Origin: a phage
DNA: 64,000 bases
Reading direction: 5' to 3' (one strand)
Assembly (NCBI GenBank): GCA_012178725.1
Contig: GCA_012178725.1_3030.1
Positions within the stretch are counted from its first letter, which is position 1; the number at the start of each line of letters is the position of its first letter. A model generated the notes under the pieces. That model saw only the letters and a program-made list of their open reading frames with translations, ran no database searches and had not been told where the DNA came from. Both the position numbers and the translations under genes were made by a program. Shown in pieces: positions 17,390 through 27,677 of the stretch.

Positions 17390-18199
17390 ATGCTTAAAGA
17401 ACAACTGATTGCCGAAGCGCAGAAAATTGATGCTTCCGTTGCTCTTGATAGTATTTTCGAATCAGTTAATATTTCTCCGGAAGCAAAAGAAACTTTCGGC
17501 ACTGTATTCGAAGCTACCGTCAAGCAGCACGCCGTTAAATTAGCTGAATCTCATATCGCTAAAATTGCTGAAAAAGCAGAAGAAGAAGTAGAAAAAAATA
17601 AAGAAGAAGCCGAAGAAAAAGCTGAGAAGAAAATCGCTGAGCAAGCTTCTAAATTCATTGACCATCTTGCAAAAGAATGGCTCGCTGAAAATAAATTAGC
17701 AGTTGATAAAGGTATTAAAGCCGAACTGTTTGAATCCATGCTTGGTGGATTAAAAGAGCTCTTTGTTGAACACAACGTTGTTGTTCCAGAAGAATCAGTT
17801 GATGTTGTAGCTGAAATGGAAGAAGAGCTGCAAGAACATAAAGAAGAATCAGCTCGTCTGTTCGAAGAACTCAATAAGCGTGACGCATATATCAATTATG
17901 TGCAGCGTGAAGTGGCATTGAGCGAAAGTACTAAAGATCTGACTGAGTCTCAAAAAGAAAAAGTCTCTGCTCTGGTCGAAGGTATGGATTATTCAGATGC
18001 ATTCTCAAGTAAATTGAGTGCAATCGTAGAAATGGTGAAGAAATCTAATAAAGATGAAAGCACTATTACTGAGAGTATAAATACTCCTGATACTGAAGCA
18101 GCCGGACTGAATTTCGTCACTGAAGCTGTAGAAGATAAAGCTGCACAGGGTGCAGAAGATATCGTAAGTGTATATGCGAAAGTCGCATCTCGTTTCTAA
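17390..18199 (+). CDS. 22: Prohead core scaffold protein gp22
   Basis: 269 aa; Glu/Lys-rich coiled coil. Confidence 0.9.
   Translation: MLKEQLIAEAQKIDASVALDSIFESVNISPEAKETFGTVFEATVKQHAVKLAESHIAKIAEKAEEEVEKNKEEAEEKAEKKIAEQASKFIDHLAKEWLAENKLAVDKGIKAELFESMLGGLKELFVEHNVVVPEESVDVVAEMEEELQEHKEESARLFEELNKRDAYINYVQREVALSESTKDLTESQKEKVSALVEGMDYSDAFSSKLSAIVEMVKKSNKDESTITESINTPDTEAAGLNFVTEAVEDKAAQGAEDIVSVYAKVASRF
18076..18083 (+). promoter_or_regulatory. Candidate late promoter TATAAATA inside the 3' end of gene 22, reading toward gene 23
   Basis: Exact motif about 135 nt upstream of the gp23 ATG. Confidence 0.4.
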
Positions 18200-18217
18200 T
18201 TTTAAAGGTTAACACAA

Positions 18218-19783
18218 ATGACTATCAAAACTAAAGCTGAACTTTTGAACAAATGGAAGCCATTACTGGAAGGTGAAGGTTTACCGGAAATTGCTAATAG
18301 CAAACAAGCGATTATCGCTAAAATCTTTGAAAACCAGGAAAAAGATTTCCAGACAGCTCCGGAATATAAAGACGAAAAAATTGCTCAGGCATTCGGTTCT
18401 TTCTTAACAGAAGCTGAAATCGGCGGTGACCACGGTTACAATGCTACCAACATCGCTGCAGGTCAGACTTCTGGCGCAGTAACTCAGATTGGCCCAGCTG
18501 TTATGGGTATGGTACGTCGTGCTATTCCTAACCTGATTGCTTTCGATATTTGCGGTGTTCAGCCGATGAACAGCCCGACTGGCCAGGTATTCGCACTGCG
18601 CGCAGTATATGGTAAAGATCCAATCGCTTCCGGTGCTAAAGAAGCATTCCACCCAATGTATGGTCCAGATGCAATGTTCTCTGGTCAGGGTGCTGCTAAG
18701 AAATTCCCAGCTCTGGCTGCTAGCACACAAACCGTTGTAGGTGATATCTATACTCACTTCTTCCAGGAAACTGGTACCGTGTATCTGCAAGCTTCAGCTG
18801 TAGTAACAATCGATGCTGGTGCGACTGATGCTGCTAAATTAGATGCCGAAATTAAGAAACAAATGGAAGCTGGTGTACTTGTAGAAATCGCTGAAGGTAT
18901 GGCTACTTCTATCGCTGAACTTCAGGAAGGTTTCAACGGTTCTACCGATAACCCATGGAATGAAATGGGCTTCCGTATCGATAAACAAGTTATCGAAGCT
19001 AAATCTCGTCAGCTGAAAGCTGCTTACTCTATCGAATTAGCACAAGACCTCCGCGCTGTTCACGGTATGGATGCTGATGCTGAACTGTCTGGTATTCTGG
19101 CTACCGAAATCATGCTGGAAATCAACCGTGAAGTTGTTGATTGGATTAACTACTCAGCTCAGGTTGGTAAATCTGGTATGACCCTGACTCCGGGTTCTAA
19201 AGCTGGTGTATTTGACTTCCAGGATCCGATTGATATTCGTGGTGCTCGCTGGGCGGGTGAATCTTTTAAAGCTCTGTTGTTCCAGATTGACAAAGAAGCA
19301 GTTGAAATTGCTCGTCAGACCGGTCGTGGTGAAGGTAACTTCATTATCGCTTCCCGTAACGTAGTTAACGTTCTGGCTTCAGTTGATACCGGCATTTCTT
19401 ATGCTGCACAGGGTCTGGCTACCGGCTTTAACACTGATACTACCAAGTCAGTATTTGCTGGTGTTCTGGGTGGTAAATACCGCGTATATATCGACCAGTA
19501 TGCTAAACAGGATTATTTCACTGTAGGTTATAAAGGTCCGAACGAAATGGATGCTGGTATTTACTACGCTCCATATGTAGCTCTGACTCCGCTGCGTGGT
19601 TCCGATCCGAAGAACTTCCAACCAGTAATGGGATTCAAAACTCGTTACGGTATCGGTATCAACCCATTTGCAGAATCCGCTGCTCAGGCTCCGGCTTCTC
19701 GCATCCAGAGCGGTATGCCTTCTATTCTGAATAGCCTTGGTAAAAACGCTTACTTCCGCCGTGTATATGTTAAAGGTATCTAA
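18218..19783 (+). CDS. 23: Major capsid protein gp23
   Basis: 521 aa; MTIKTKAELLNKWKPLLEGEG... matches T4 gp23. Confidence 0.97.
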   Translation: MTIKTKAELLNKWKPLLEGEGLPEIANSKQAIIAKIFENQEKDFQTAPEYKDEKIAQAFGSFLTEAEIGGDHGYNATNIAAGQTSGAVTQIGPAVMGMVRRAIPNLIAFDICGVQPMNSPTGQVFALRAVYGKDPIASGAKEAFHPMYGPDAMFSGQGAAKKFPALAASTQTVVGDIYTHFFQETGTVYLQASAVVTIDAGATDAAKLDAEIKKQMEAGVLVEIAEGMATSIAELQEGFNGSTDNPWNEMGFRIDKQVIEAKSRQLKAAYSIELAQDLRAVHGMDADAELSGILATEIMLEINREVVDWINYSAQVGKSGMTLTPGSKAGVFDFQDPIDIRGARWAGESFKALLFQIDKEAVEIARQTGRGEGNFIIASRNVVNVLASVDTGISYAAQGLATGFNTDTTKSVFAGVLGGKYRVYIDQYAKQDYFTVGYKGPNEMDAGIYYAPYVALTPLRGSDPKNFQPVMGFKTRYGIGINPFAESAAQAPASRIQSGMPSILNSLGKNAYFRRVYVKGI

Positions 19784-19798
19784 TCTTTGACGATTTAA

Positions 19799-19814
19799 GG
19801 GACCTTCGGGTCCC
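19799..19814 (+). terminator. Hairpin gggacc-ttcg-ggtccc followed by a T-rich tract, after gene 23
   Basis: Inverted repeat plus tttagttgttttt. Confidence 0.6.
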
Positions 19815-19831
19815 TTTAGTTGTTTTTATGG

Positions 19832-19839
19832 TATAAATA
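19832..19839 (+). promoter_or_regulatory. Late promoter core TATAAATA upstream of gene 24
   Basis: Exact motif. Confidence 0.6.
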
Positions 19840-19866
19840 AATCATATAAACCAAAAGGAAAGCGCA

Positions 19867-21150
19867 ATGGCTAAAATCAACGAACTTCTGCGCGAATCAA
19901 CCACAACGAATAGCAACTCAATCGGTCGCCCAAATCTCGTTGCTTTGACTCGCGCTACCACTAAATTAATATATTCTGACATTGTAGCAACGCAAAGAAC
20001 TAATCAACCTGTTGCTGCTTTTTACGGTATCAAATACCTTAACCCAGATAACGAATTTACGTTTAAAACTGGTGCTACTTACGCTGGCGAAGCTGGGTAT
20101 GTAGACCGAGAACAAATCACAGAATTAACAGAAGAGTCTAAATTAACTCTCAATAAAGGCGATTTATTCAAATATAATAATATCGTTTATAAAGTATTAG
20201 AAGATACACCATTTGCTGATATTGAAGAAAGCGACTTAGAGTTAGCTCTTCAGATTGCAATTGTTCTTTTAAAGGTTCGTCTATTTTCTGACGCAGCGTC
20301 AACAAGCAAATTTGAAAGCTCTGATAGTGAAATTGCGGATGCTAGATTCCAGATTAATAAATGGCAAACCGCGGTTAAATCTCGTAAACTTAAAACTGGC
20401 ATCACAGTTGAATTAGCGCAAGATTTAGAAGCAAATGGATTCGATGCTCCTAATTTCTTAGAAGATTTGCTTGCAACTGAAATGGCAGATGAAATCAATA
20501 AAGATATTCTGCAGTCTTTGATTACAGTATCAAAACGTTATAAAGTTACAGGAATTACTGATACTGGATTCATTGATTTGAGTTATGCATCTGCACCTGA
20601 AGCTGGTCGTTCATTATACCGAATGGTATGTGAAATGGTTTCGCATATCCAAAAAGAATCAACTTATACAGCAACGTTCTGTGTTGCTTCAGCTCGTGCT
20701 GCTGCGATTCTTGCTGCATCAGGTTGGTTAAAACATAAACCAGAAGATGATAAATATCTTTCACAAAATGCCTACGGGTTCTTAGCTAATGGTTTACCGC
20801 TTTATTGCGATACTAACAGCCCATTAGATTATGTAATCGTTGGTGTAGTAGAAAATATCGGTGAAAAAGAAATTGTTGGATCAATTTTCTATGCTCCGTA
20901 TACAGAAGGTCTTGACTTAGATGACCCTGAACATGTAGGTGCATTTAAAGTTGTTGTTGATCCAGAAAGCTTACAACCGTCTATCGGTTTATTAGTTAGA
21001 TATGCTTTATCAGCAAATCCTTATACCGTAGCAAAAGATGAAAAAGAAGCAAGAATAATTGATGGTGGAGACATGGATAAAATGGCGGGTCGTTCAGATT
21101 TGTCTGTTTTATTAGGTGTTAAATTACCAAAAATTATTATTGATGAATAA
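19867..21150 (+). CDS. 24: Capsid vertex protein gp24
   Basis: 427 aa; position and size. Confidence 0.95.
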   Translation: MAKINELLRESTTTNSNSIGRPNLVALTRATTKLIYSDIVATQRTNQPVAAFYGIKYLNPDNEFTFKTGATYAGEAGYVDREQITELTEESKLTLNKGDLFKYNNIVYKVLEDTPFADIEESDLELALQIAIVLLKVRLFSDAASTSKFESSDSEIADARFQINKWQTAVKSRKLKTGITVELAQDLEANGFDAPNFLEDLLATEMADEINKDILQSLITVSKRYKVTGITDTGFIDLSYASAPEAGRSLYRMVCEMVSHIQKESTYTATFCVASARAAAILAASGWLKHKPEDDKYLSQNAYGFLANGLPLYCDTNSPLDYVIVGVVENIGEKEIVGSIFYAPYTEGLDLDDPEHVGAFKVVVDPESLQPSIGLLVRYALSANPYTVAKDEKEARIIDGGDMDKMAGRSDLSVLLGVKLPKIIIDE

Positions 21151-21156
21151 AACAAA

Positions 21157-21177
21157 GGGACCGAAAGGTCCCTTTTT
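21157..21177. terminator. Bidirectional intrinsic terminator between convergent gene 24 and rnlB (gggacc-gaaa-ggtccc plus T5)
   Basis: Perfect hairpin with T-run. Confidence 0.7.
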
Positions 21178-21179
21178 AT

Positions 21180-22184
21180 TTAGCTCACCAACTCAATCCA
21201 AGCTGGACGAAGTACATCTTGCACCATTTTAACTAATTCCTTTTTAATCAAAGAAGGATTATCCGCTTGAGTTAGAGTAATACCTTCACGAGAAGTTTCT
21301 TCCAAAATATCTTGAACAGTTAGCCCCATCACCTTTCCAAAATCTTTAGGACCAATTTCGCCAATTTTAGAAATAACGTTATTTACTCGGTTCAGTGTAA
21401 CGTAACAAGCTAAAATTCCCACCAATTTGTTATCAGCTTCTGATAGTTCAACTTTAGCTTTAATAGGCTTATCAGACTTTTTCTTTTCACTAAATTTGGA
21501 ATTCTTGCATTTAATTGCTACACGATTTCCATTACGAAGCCAAGAAGGATAACAAGGTTTCAATACATATCCTTCAGCGGTAAATACTTCGCCTTTTGCT
21601 TCGGCATTCCAAACACATTTATTTGCATCAACTAATCCAGCATGGTCTACTGTAAAATTATAATCTTGGACGACAGAATCTAAATCATTTGGCAATTTAA
21701 TAAGCTCTTCAAATTTACCGCGACCTAAAAGTGGAGCCATTTTAAATTTAAATGTATTACAGAATGATTCCATCATATAATCGTCGACATAAGTCACATC
21801 ACCACTTTCTGTAGTGACAATAATGTCAAATACATAAAAATCTTTATCGCCATAATCAACATTCTTCTGAATGCCAGGTCCAGCGAATTCGCCAAAGACT
21901 TGATAAGATACAACCGCTGAGGTTTCCATAATATCTTGTACTGCTTTAATGGAATCAGCGTAATTCTTTAGAATAATTTCATACCCAAAGAAATCTTCAG
22001 CAGGAAGAATAGGACCAGTACGTTTAGCGCAAGTTACTTTATCACGCTCAATAATCAATGAGAAATTTGTGCCGTGAATTTTTTCACGAGCTACCCATTC
22101 GCCGCCAGTCAATCCCAAGCTATAAAGTTTTTCAATAAATTTAGAGTTGTAATGATTTTCAAGACTGCTATACTTTTTAAACAT
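21180..22184 (-). CDS. rnlB: RNA ligase 2 (Rnl2)
   Basis: 334 aa; [25 protein letters not shown]... with KIHGTN ligase motif I. Confidence 0.95.
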   Translation of the reverse strand: MFKKYSSLENHYNSKFIEKLYSLGLTGGEWVAREKIHGTNFSLIIERDKVTCAKRTGPILPAEDFFGYEIILKNYADSIKAVQDIMETSAVVSYQVFGEFAGPGIQKNVDYGDKDFYVFDIIVTTESGDVTYVDDYMMESFCNTFKFKMAPLLGRGKFEELIKLPNDLDSVVQDYNFTVDHAGLVDANKCVWNAEAKGEVFTAEGYVLKPCYPSWLRNGNRVAIKCKNSKFSEKKKSDKPIKAKVELSEADNKLVGILACYVTLNRVNNVISKIGEIGPKDFGKVMGLTVQDILEETSREGITLTQADNPSLIKKELVKMVQDVLRPAWIELVS

Positions 22185-22193
22185 AATTAATCC

Positions 22194-22472
22194 TCAAAAT
22201 GAAATTTCTAACCAATCGCCGTCACGCTGATCACTATTGACTTTAAAATTAAATCCTTCTTTTCTCAGCCAATCACCAATTTCTTCAGTAATCAATTTAT
22301 CGCGAGCAGTACAATAATAACTAAAATATGTTTTACCTTGTTCAGCTGCTTTATTAGCAAGTTCTGAAAAATCTTTAATAAAACACTCTAGCTTAAACTG
22401 TTTACTTTTTAATGCTTTTTCACGTAATTGATTAGCAAAAGATTCATTTTCATAAAGATCATACTGTTCCAT
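22194..22472 (-). CDS. Hypothetical protein (between rnlB and hoc)
   Basis: 92 aa ORF, coupled to neighbours. Confidence 0.55.
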   Translation of the reverse strand: MEQYDLYENESFANQLREKALKSKQFKLECFIKDFSELANKAAEQGKTYFSYYCTARDKLITEEIGDWLRKEGFNFKVNSDQRDGDWLEISF

Positions 22473-22674
22473 TTTTCACCTTTTTATTAATATGTCTTTT
22501 TCTATAGACAACTTTTTCTCGAGTTTCAAATCTATTCTTAGCAGTCATAGCTCGAGCCCATAATACAGCCACTTCTTTTGCCTGTAAGTTCAATTCACGA
22601 GCAATTTCAATGAATGACTTTCCAGACTCATGGAGAGTAAACACCACAACCTCAGTTCTCATAATCAATCTCAT
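22459..22674 (-). CDS. Hypothetical small protein with helix-turn-helix-like segment
   Basis: 71 aa; ESGKSFIEIARELNLQAKEVAVLWARA resembles an HTH. Confidence 0.5.
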   Translation of the reverse strand: MRLIMRTEVVVFTLHESGKSFIEIARELNLQAKEVAVLWARAMTAKNRFETREKVVYRKRHINKKVKNGTV

Positions 22675-22743
22675 GTTATCGAGTTGGTGCCATTATATAC
22701 ATCATTTTCTGAGTGTGTTTTGTGTGCTTTCAAAATGAAGAAA

Positions 22744-22757
22744 GGGGCCGAAGCCCC
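22744..22757 (-). terminator. Hairpin ggggc-ttcg-gcccc followed by a T-rich tract, downstream of hoc
   Basis: Inverted repeat; minus strand then reads tttcttcatttt. Confidence 0.55.
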
Positions 22758-22763
22758 TTATGA

Positions 22764-24182
22764 TTATGGATAGGTATAGACGATACCAGTTTCTAAAGCA
22801 GTTTTATGAATGATGTATCCATTACGTGATTCTTGAACATCAACTTCTGGATAGTCTTTCATCATCTTCTGGAGAGTGTAACGATGCAAGTAGTACTTAC
22901 TATCTGGATCGTCAGTTTTCCAATCTTTACCTTCTTCAGTCATTTTTTGGATTTCATCCATAACCCACCAACCGCACCAGATGTAAGCTGAAGTACGATG
23001 TGGAAGAGGATGAACATAAGGCAATTCACCTTCTGGCTCTGGAGCAACTTTATCAGTCACTTGAACTTGACCTTCTGCTGTAATAGTTTTGCTATCATAA
23101 TCAGCAGCAGTAACAGTTGCAGTAACTTCAATAGTTTGACTTCCAATAGATGAGGTATCAACGGTATATACATTAGTTGACCCTTCTACAGGAGAAGAAT
23201 CTTTCTTCCATGAATACGCAATTTGCGCTTCTTCTGGAGCATCAGTGACATTAGCAGTAAATGTAGCCGAAGCATCTTGTTGAACGTTAATAGAAGGAGG
23301 AGTCAATGTAACCTGTGGATTCATTGTCTTCTTATTAACTGTTAATGATACTTCATTCGAAGTAACTTCCTTTTCATTGTAATTTTCAGCAGTTACTTGG
23401 GCTACGCATTTAATTCTTTTTACTCCACTTGTAGTTGGAGTATAGATAAATGTAGAGTTAGTTTCTCCACCAACTTGTGAATCATCTACATACCACTGAT
23501 ACGTAGCAGATGCTCCATCAGGTTGAGAAGCTAAGGCAGCAGTAAATTGAACTAGTGTTCCAATTACTCCAGCTGAAGGACTATCGGGAGTTACTGCCAA
23601 AGTAGTTGTCTGTGTCTTTTTATTAACAGTCAATGACACTTCATTAGAAGTAACTTCTTTTGCATCATAATCTGTCGCGGTTACTTGAGCCACACACTTG
23701 ATTGTTTTAACTCCGCTTGTGTCAGGAGTGTAATTGAATGTAGCGCTAGTCGCTTCGCTCACAGGAGAACCGTCAACGTACCATTGATACGTAGCAGATG
23801 CGCCTGATGGCTGCGAAGCCAAAGCAGCGGTAAATTCAACAGCTGTTCCGATTACTCCTTCCGGAGGACTATTAGGAGTTACAGCTAAGGTAGTCGTTTG
23901 TGTCTTATTTTGAACTGTGATAGTTGTACTAATTTCAGCTGTTTCGGGACTACTATCGGCAACTTGATTTGTTGCAACTACTTTAATAGTCTTTTGACCG
24001 GCAGGTCCTTTTAATACATAACTAAAAGTTGCTTCAGCCCCATCTTGTGGAACATCATCTACAGTCCAAGCATATGTAATAGGTCCATCTCCAGTTTGAC
24101 CACTGGGCGTAGCAGTAAACTGCTGAGTCTGATCTATAACTCCAGTAGGTGTTTTAGGAGTTATATCAACTGTAAAAGCCAT
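22764..24182 (-). CDS. hoc: Hoc (highly immunogenic outer capsid protein), four Ig-like domains plus capsid-binding C-terminus
   Basis: 472 aa; repeated about 96-aa Ig-like units; position between rnlB and inh. Confidence 0.9.
   Translation of the reverse strand: MAFTVDITPKTPTGVIDQTQQFTATPSGQTGDGPITYAWTVDDVPQDGAEATFSYVLKGPAGQKTIKVVATNQVADSSPETAEISTTITVQNKTQTTTLAVTPNSPPEGVIGTAVEFTAALASQPSGASATYQWYVDGSPVSEATSATFNYTPDTSGVKTIKCVAQVTATDYDAKEVTSNEVSLTVNKKTQTTTLAVTPDSPSAGVIGTLVQFTAALASQPDGASATYQWYVDDSQVGGETNSTFIYTPTTSGVKRIKCVAQVTAENYNEKEVTSNEVSLTVNKKTMNPQVTLTPPSINVQQDASATFTANVTDAPEEAQIAYSWKKDSSPVEGSTNVYTVDTSSIGSQTIEVTATVTAADYDSKTITAEGQVQVTDKVAPEPEGELPYVHPLPHRTSAYIWCGWWVMDEIQKMTEEGKDWKTDDPDSKYYLHRYTLQKMMKDYPEVDVQESRNGYIIHKTALETGIVYTYP
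23322..23897 (-). repeat. Tandem direct duplication (2 x 288 bp) inside hoc encoding two near-identical Ig-like domains
   Basis: Protein residues 96-191 and 192-287 are near-identical (TTTLAVTP...SNEVSLTVNKKT). Confidence 0.85.
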
Positions 24183-24191
24183 AAGTTATCC

Positions 24192-24872
24192 TTATTTTAA
24201 TGTTACGAAAGAAGAATTGCGTGTTTCACGAATTAAAACTGATCCGTCACGGTTAATGTAATAAATTAAGCTAAATAATGTTTGGTGTGCAGAAGCATGC
24301 TCAAAACTAGTTGGGTGAGATTTCCAATCCGGAGTTTCAGCGATCCATTGATAAATCCACCAAGGAACAGTACAGAATCCTGGATTTTTTCCAATCAACT
24401 GAAGATTCGGGCTAAAGTTTTCCGGAAGAGTAAATACACACGGCTTTTCAGATTCAATAATCTCAGCTACAGCCTGTTCGAATTTTTCTTCAACAAAAGG
24501 AGTATCTTCAATCAAAACATCGGTATTTTCAGGAATTTTATCCGTTTCTACTACTTCAATTTTAATGTCAGATTTAACTGGAGAATCAATCAAAAGTGCT
24601 GCTTCTGGATTGACTTCTTCATCGTCATATTTTAATCCCTCTGCAGCATCAGCAGCATCAATTAAGTCTTTAATAGATAACCCATCAGTCTCTGGCATAG
24701 GTTCACTAGCGAGCTTCTGGAGAGCTTCTTCAATATCAACAACGATATTATCAAAAGATTTATTCTTTTTGACCTTTATACCAAACTGTTCAGCATATTC
24801 AGCTAATTTAGCTTTAGCTTCTTTGTTATCATCAAGAGCCTTCAGCTCTGCAATATAATCTTTATCTATCAT
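24192..24872 (-). CDS. inh: Inh-like protein (inhibitor of prohead protease), positional assignment
   Basis: 226 aa acidic protein between hoc and uvsW. Confidence 0.65.
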   Translation of the reverse strand: MIDKDYIAELKALDDNKEAKAKLAEYAEQFGIKVKKNKSFDNIVVDIEEALQKLASEPMPETDGLSIKDLIDAADAAEGLKYDDEEVNPEAALLIDSPVKSDIKIEVVETDKIPENTDVLIEDTPFVEEKFEQAVAEIIESEKPCVFTLPENFSPNLQLIGKNPGFCTVPWWIYQWIAETPDWKSHPTSFEHASAHQTLFSLIYYINRDGSVLIRETRNSSFVTLK

Positions 24873-24886
24873 AATATTTCCTCAGT

Positions 24887-24894
24887 ATAAATAT
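24887..24894 (+). promoter_or_regulatory. Late promoter core TATAAATA upstream of uvsW
   Basis: Exact motif. Confidence 0.55.
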
Positions 24895-24922
24895 AGATAT
24901 ATTTATTACATGGTATTTAGAC

Positions 24923-26434
24923 ATGACTGACATTAAAGTACATTTTTATGATTTTAGTCACGTGAGAATTGATTGTGAAGAAAGTACATTTCATGAACTC
25001 CGTGATTTCTTTAGCTTTGAAGCTGATGGGTATCGTTTTAATCCGAAATACAAATATGGCCACTGGGATGGACGAATCCGTCTTTTAGATTATAATCGTC
25101 TTCTTCCATTCGGCTTAGTCGGGCAAATTAAAAAGTTCTGTGATAACTTTGGCTATAAAGCCTGGATTGACCCGCAAATTAATGAAAAAGAAGAATTATC
25201 AAGAAAAGATTTTGATGAATGGCTTTCTAAATTAGAAATCTATTCAGGAAATAAAAGAATTGAACCGCACTGGTATCAAAAAGATGCAGTGTTCGAAGGA
25301 TTAGTTAATCGTCGTAGAATTCTTAATCTTCCAACATCCGCTGGTAAATCGTTAATTCAAGCTTTGCTTGCGCGATATTATTTGGAAAATTATGAAGGTA
25401 AAATTCTTATCATTGTTCCAACAACTGCCTTAACAACTCAGATGGCTGATGACTTCGTCGACTATCGTCTATTCAGTCATGCAATGATAAAGAAAATTGG
25501 TGGCGGAGCATCAAAAGATGATAAATATAAAAATGATGCACCAGTCGTTGTTGGTACATGGCAAACTGTAGTTAAACAACCGAAAGAATGGTTCTCACAG
25601 TTTGGAATGATGATGAATGATGAATGTCATCTTGCTACAGGAAAAAGTATTTCATCCATCATATCAGGTTTAAATAACTGCATGTTTAAATTTGGTCTAT
25701 CTGGTTCATTACGTGATGGCAAAGCCAATATCATGCAGTATGTTGGAATGTTTGGTGAAATATTTAAACCAGTAACGACTTCTAAATTAATGGAAGATGG
25801 ACAAGTAACTGAGCTAAAAATTAATAGTATTTTTCTTCGCTATCCCGATGAGTTCACTACTAAATTAAAGGGAAAAACTTATCAAGAAGAAATAAAAATT
25901 ATTACTGGGCTTAGTAAAAGAAATAAATGGATCGCTAAATTAGCTATTAAGCTTGCGCAAAAAGATGAAAACGCTTTTGTCATGTTTAAACATGTATCAC
26001 ATGGTAAAGCTATTTTCGATTTAATTAAAAATGAATACGATAAAGTTTATTACGTATCAGGGGAAGTTGATACCGAAACCCGCAATATAATGAAAACCTT
26101 AGCTGAAAATGGTAAAGGAATAATTATAGTAGCTAGTTATGGTGTATTTTCTACTGGTATTTCAGTTAAAAATCTGCATCACGTTGTTTTAGCGCACGGT
26201 GTTAAATCAAAAATCATTGTATTACAAACAATCGGTCGTGTATTACGTAAGCATGGTTCTAAGACAATAGCAACTGTCTGGGACCTCATAGATGATTGTG
26301 GTGTTAAGCCAAAATCTGCTAATACGAAAAAGAAATATGTTCATTTGAACTATCTTTTAAAACACGGCATTGATCGTATTCAGCGCTACGCAGATGAAAA
26401 ATTTAATTACGTAATGAAAACAGTTAATTTATAA
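24923..26434 (+). CDS. uvsW: UvsW helicase (SF2 recombination/repair helicase)
   Basis: 503 aa; Walker A PTSAGKS and DEAH-like NDECH. Confidence 0.95.
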   Translation: MTDIKVHFYDFSHVRIDCEESTFHELRDFFSFEADGYRFNPKYKYGHWDGRIRLLDYNRLLPFGLVGQIKKFCDNFGYKAWIDPQINEKEELSRKDFDEWLSKLEIYSGNKRIEPHWYQKDAVFEGLVNRRRILNLPTSAGKSLIQALLARYYLENYEGKILIIVPTTALTTQMADDFVDYRLFSHAMIKKIGGGASKDDKYKNDAPVVVGTWQTVVKQPKEWFSQFGMMMNDECHLATGKSISSIISGLNNCMFKFGLSGSLRDGKANIMQYVGMFGEIFKPVTTSKLMEDGQVTELKINSIFLRYPDEFTTKLKGKTYQEEIKIITGLSKRNKWIAKLAIKLAQKDENAFVMFKHVSHGKAIFDLIKNEYDKVYYVSGEVDTETRNIMKTLAENGKGIIIVASYGVFSTGISVKNLHHVVLAHGVKSKIIVLQTIGRVLRKHGSKTIATVWDLIDDCGVKPKSANTKKKYVHLNYLLKHGIDRIQRYADEKFNYVMKTVNL

Positions 26435-26446
26435 GGGCTTCGGCCC
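26435..26446 (+). other. Hairpin gggc-ttcg-gccc between uvsW and uvsW.1
   Basis: Inverted repeat with UUCG loop. Confidence 0.45.
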
Positions 26447-26459
26447 TTTGGAGAAAAAG

Positions 26460-26690
26460 ATGTTACTAGAATTTAAACAATTTCTTTATGAAGCTTCTAT
26501 TGATGAATTTATGGGTAAAATTGCCTCCTGTCAAACATTAGAAGGTTTAGAAGAACTTGAAGCTTATTATAAGAAAAGAGTTAAAGAAACTGAATTAAAA
26601 GATACTGATGACATCTCTGTGAGAGATGCTTTGGCAGGAAAAAGAGCTGAATTAGAAGATTCAGACGATGAAGTAGAAGAAAGCTTTTAA
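26460..26690 (+). CDS. uvsW.1: UvsW.1 small acidic protein
   Basis: Start set at ATG 26460 (GGAG upstream); 76 aa. Confidence 0.8.
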   Translation: MLLEFKQFLYEASIDEFMGKIASCQTLEGLEELEAYYKKRVKETELKDTDDISVRDALAGKRAELEDSDDEVEESF

Positions 26691-26699
26691 ATTAAAAAA

Positions 26700-26722
26700 G
26701 GCCCAACCAAAAAGGAAGGGCC
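26700..26722. terminator. Hairpin ggccc...gggcc flanked by A/T runs between convergent uvsW.1 and the uvsY-side genes
   Basis: Inverted repeat with A-runs on both sides. Confidence 0.45.
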
Positions 26723-26733
26723 AAAACTATAGA

Positions 26734-26913
26734 CTAAAGGTCACACTATAGCAAAAGTTGTGTTTCATTTAATTGTTCTTCCGAACTTTCTGAAACTGGT
26801 AGTTCTTTAATGTAATTATAGCAAGGCCCAGGATGCACAGGACCTTTGTCTGTTTCAACAACCAATGCAGAATCGATTGGAGTTTTACAGACAACACAAA
26901 TCTTATCTGACAT
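26734..26913 (-). CDS. Small Cys-containing hypothetical protein (59 aa; uvsY.-2 position)
   Basis: Hand-translated MSDKICVVCKTPIDSALVVETDKGPVHPGPCYNY...; GGAGA Shine-Dalgarno before ATG; below the ORF-track length cut-off. Confidence 0.5.
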
Positions 26914-27036
26914 GATTGTCTCCTTTTGAATATAATACTATTTATAACCCCATCTTAAAACGCATTTCTTGTACACGCTTTAAACATGCTTCCATTTCTG
27001 CTAAAAGTCTAAATACTTCTTTATAATTTGTCATAT

Positions 27037-27264
27037 TTACCCCATATCTCTCATATGCATATCAATGCCCATATCTTTAGAATAAAAATATTCATCAAGA
27101 TATCCAGCAAATTTTCCTTTAATATAAAGGACATCTTCACCACACGGGTGGTCGGCCAGGATACGAATATCCTGACGCTTAAGATTATACTTTTTCATTA
27201 AGAATTGAATTTCCGTTTCAAATTCTTCTTCATAATTAAAAGCATCATCAATGCTATATCTCAT
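27037..27264 (-). CDS. Hypothetical protein (uvsY.-1 position)
   Basis: 75 aa ORF coupled to the uvsY stop. Confidence 0.6.
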   Translation of the reverse strand: MRYSIDDAFNYEEEFETEIQFLMKKYNLKRQDIRILADHPCGEDVLYIKGKFAGYLDEYFYSKDMGIDMHMRDMG

Positions 27265-27677
27265 TATTTTCCAGCCTCAAATGCTCGCATGTCTTGAATG
27301 TGCTTAATAGCAAATCCACGTGATTTAATAGCATCAAGAGCTCCGCTACAGAAATCTAATAAAATCCCCCAATACTGCAACGAGGTATCAACCTTTAAAA
27401 CATCCTTATCAGCTGATAGAACCGTCTTCATTTCTGATTTCTCGTAACGATCCATACTAAATTCATCACCATCTCCTCGTCCCGAGTAGTAGTCTAATTT
27501 AGCTTTAAGAGCAACTTTTTTCTGTGCTTCAATTCTAAGCATTTCCTTTTTAATACTTGAATGCTTATTAAGCCATTTACTATATAACATCACATTATTA
27601 GCTGCTTCATACTGTAATTTAGTCGAATCTATAAACACATCTTTCTTCAATTCTTCTTGAAGATCTTCTAATCTCAT
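27264..27677 (-). CDS. uvsY: UvsY recombination mediator
   Basis: 137 aa; MRLEDLQEELKKDVFIDSTKLQYEAANN... Confidence 0.95.
   Translation of the reverse strand: MRLEDLQEELKKDVFIDSTKLQYEAANNVMLYSKWLNKHSSIKKEMLRIEAQKKVALKAKLDYYSGRGDGDEFSMDRYEKSEMKTVLSADKDVLKVDTSLQYWGILLDFCSGALDAIKSRGFAIKHIQDMRAFEAGK

Noticed and set aside
24873-24922. Late promoter for inh/hoc on the minus strand
   Set aside because: Only an imperfect AATAAATA is present on the minus strand; the exact TATAAATA in this spacer is on the plus strand and serves uvsW.
26942-27034. 30-aa minus-strand ORF between the uvsY.-1 and uvsY.-2 positions
   Set aside because: Very short and without a clear Shine-Dalgarno; may be real given tight gene packing, but support is insufficient.
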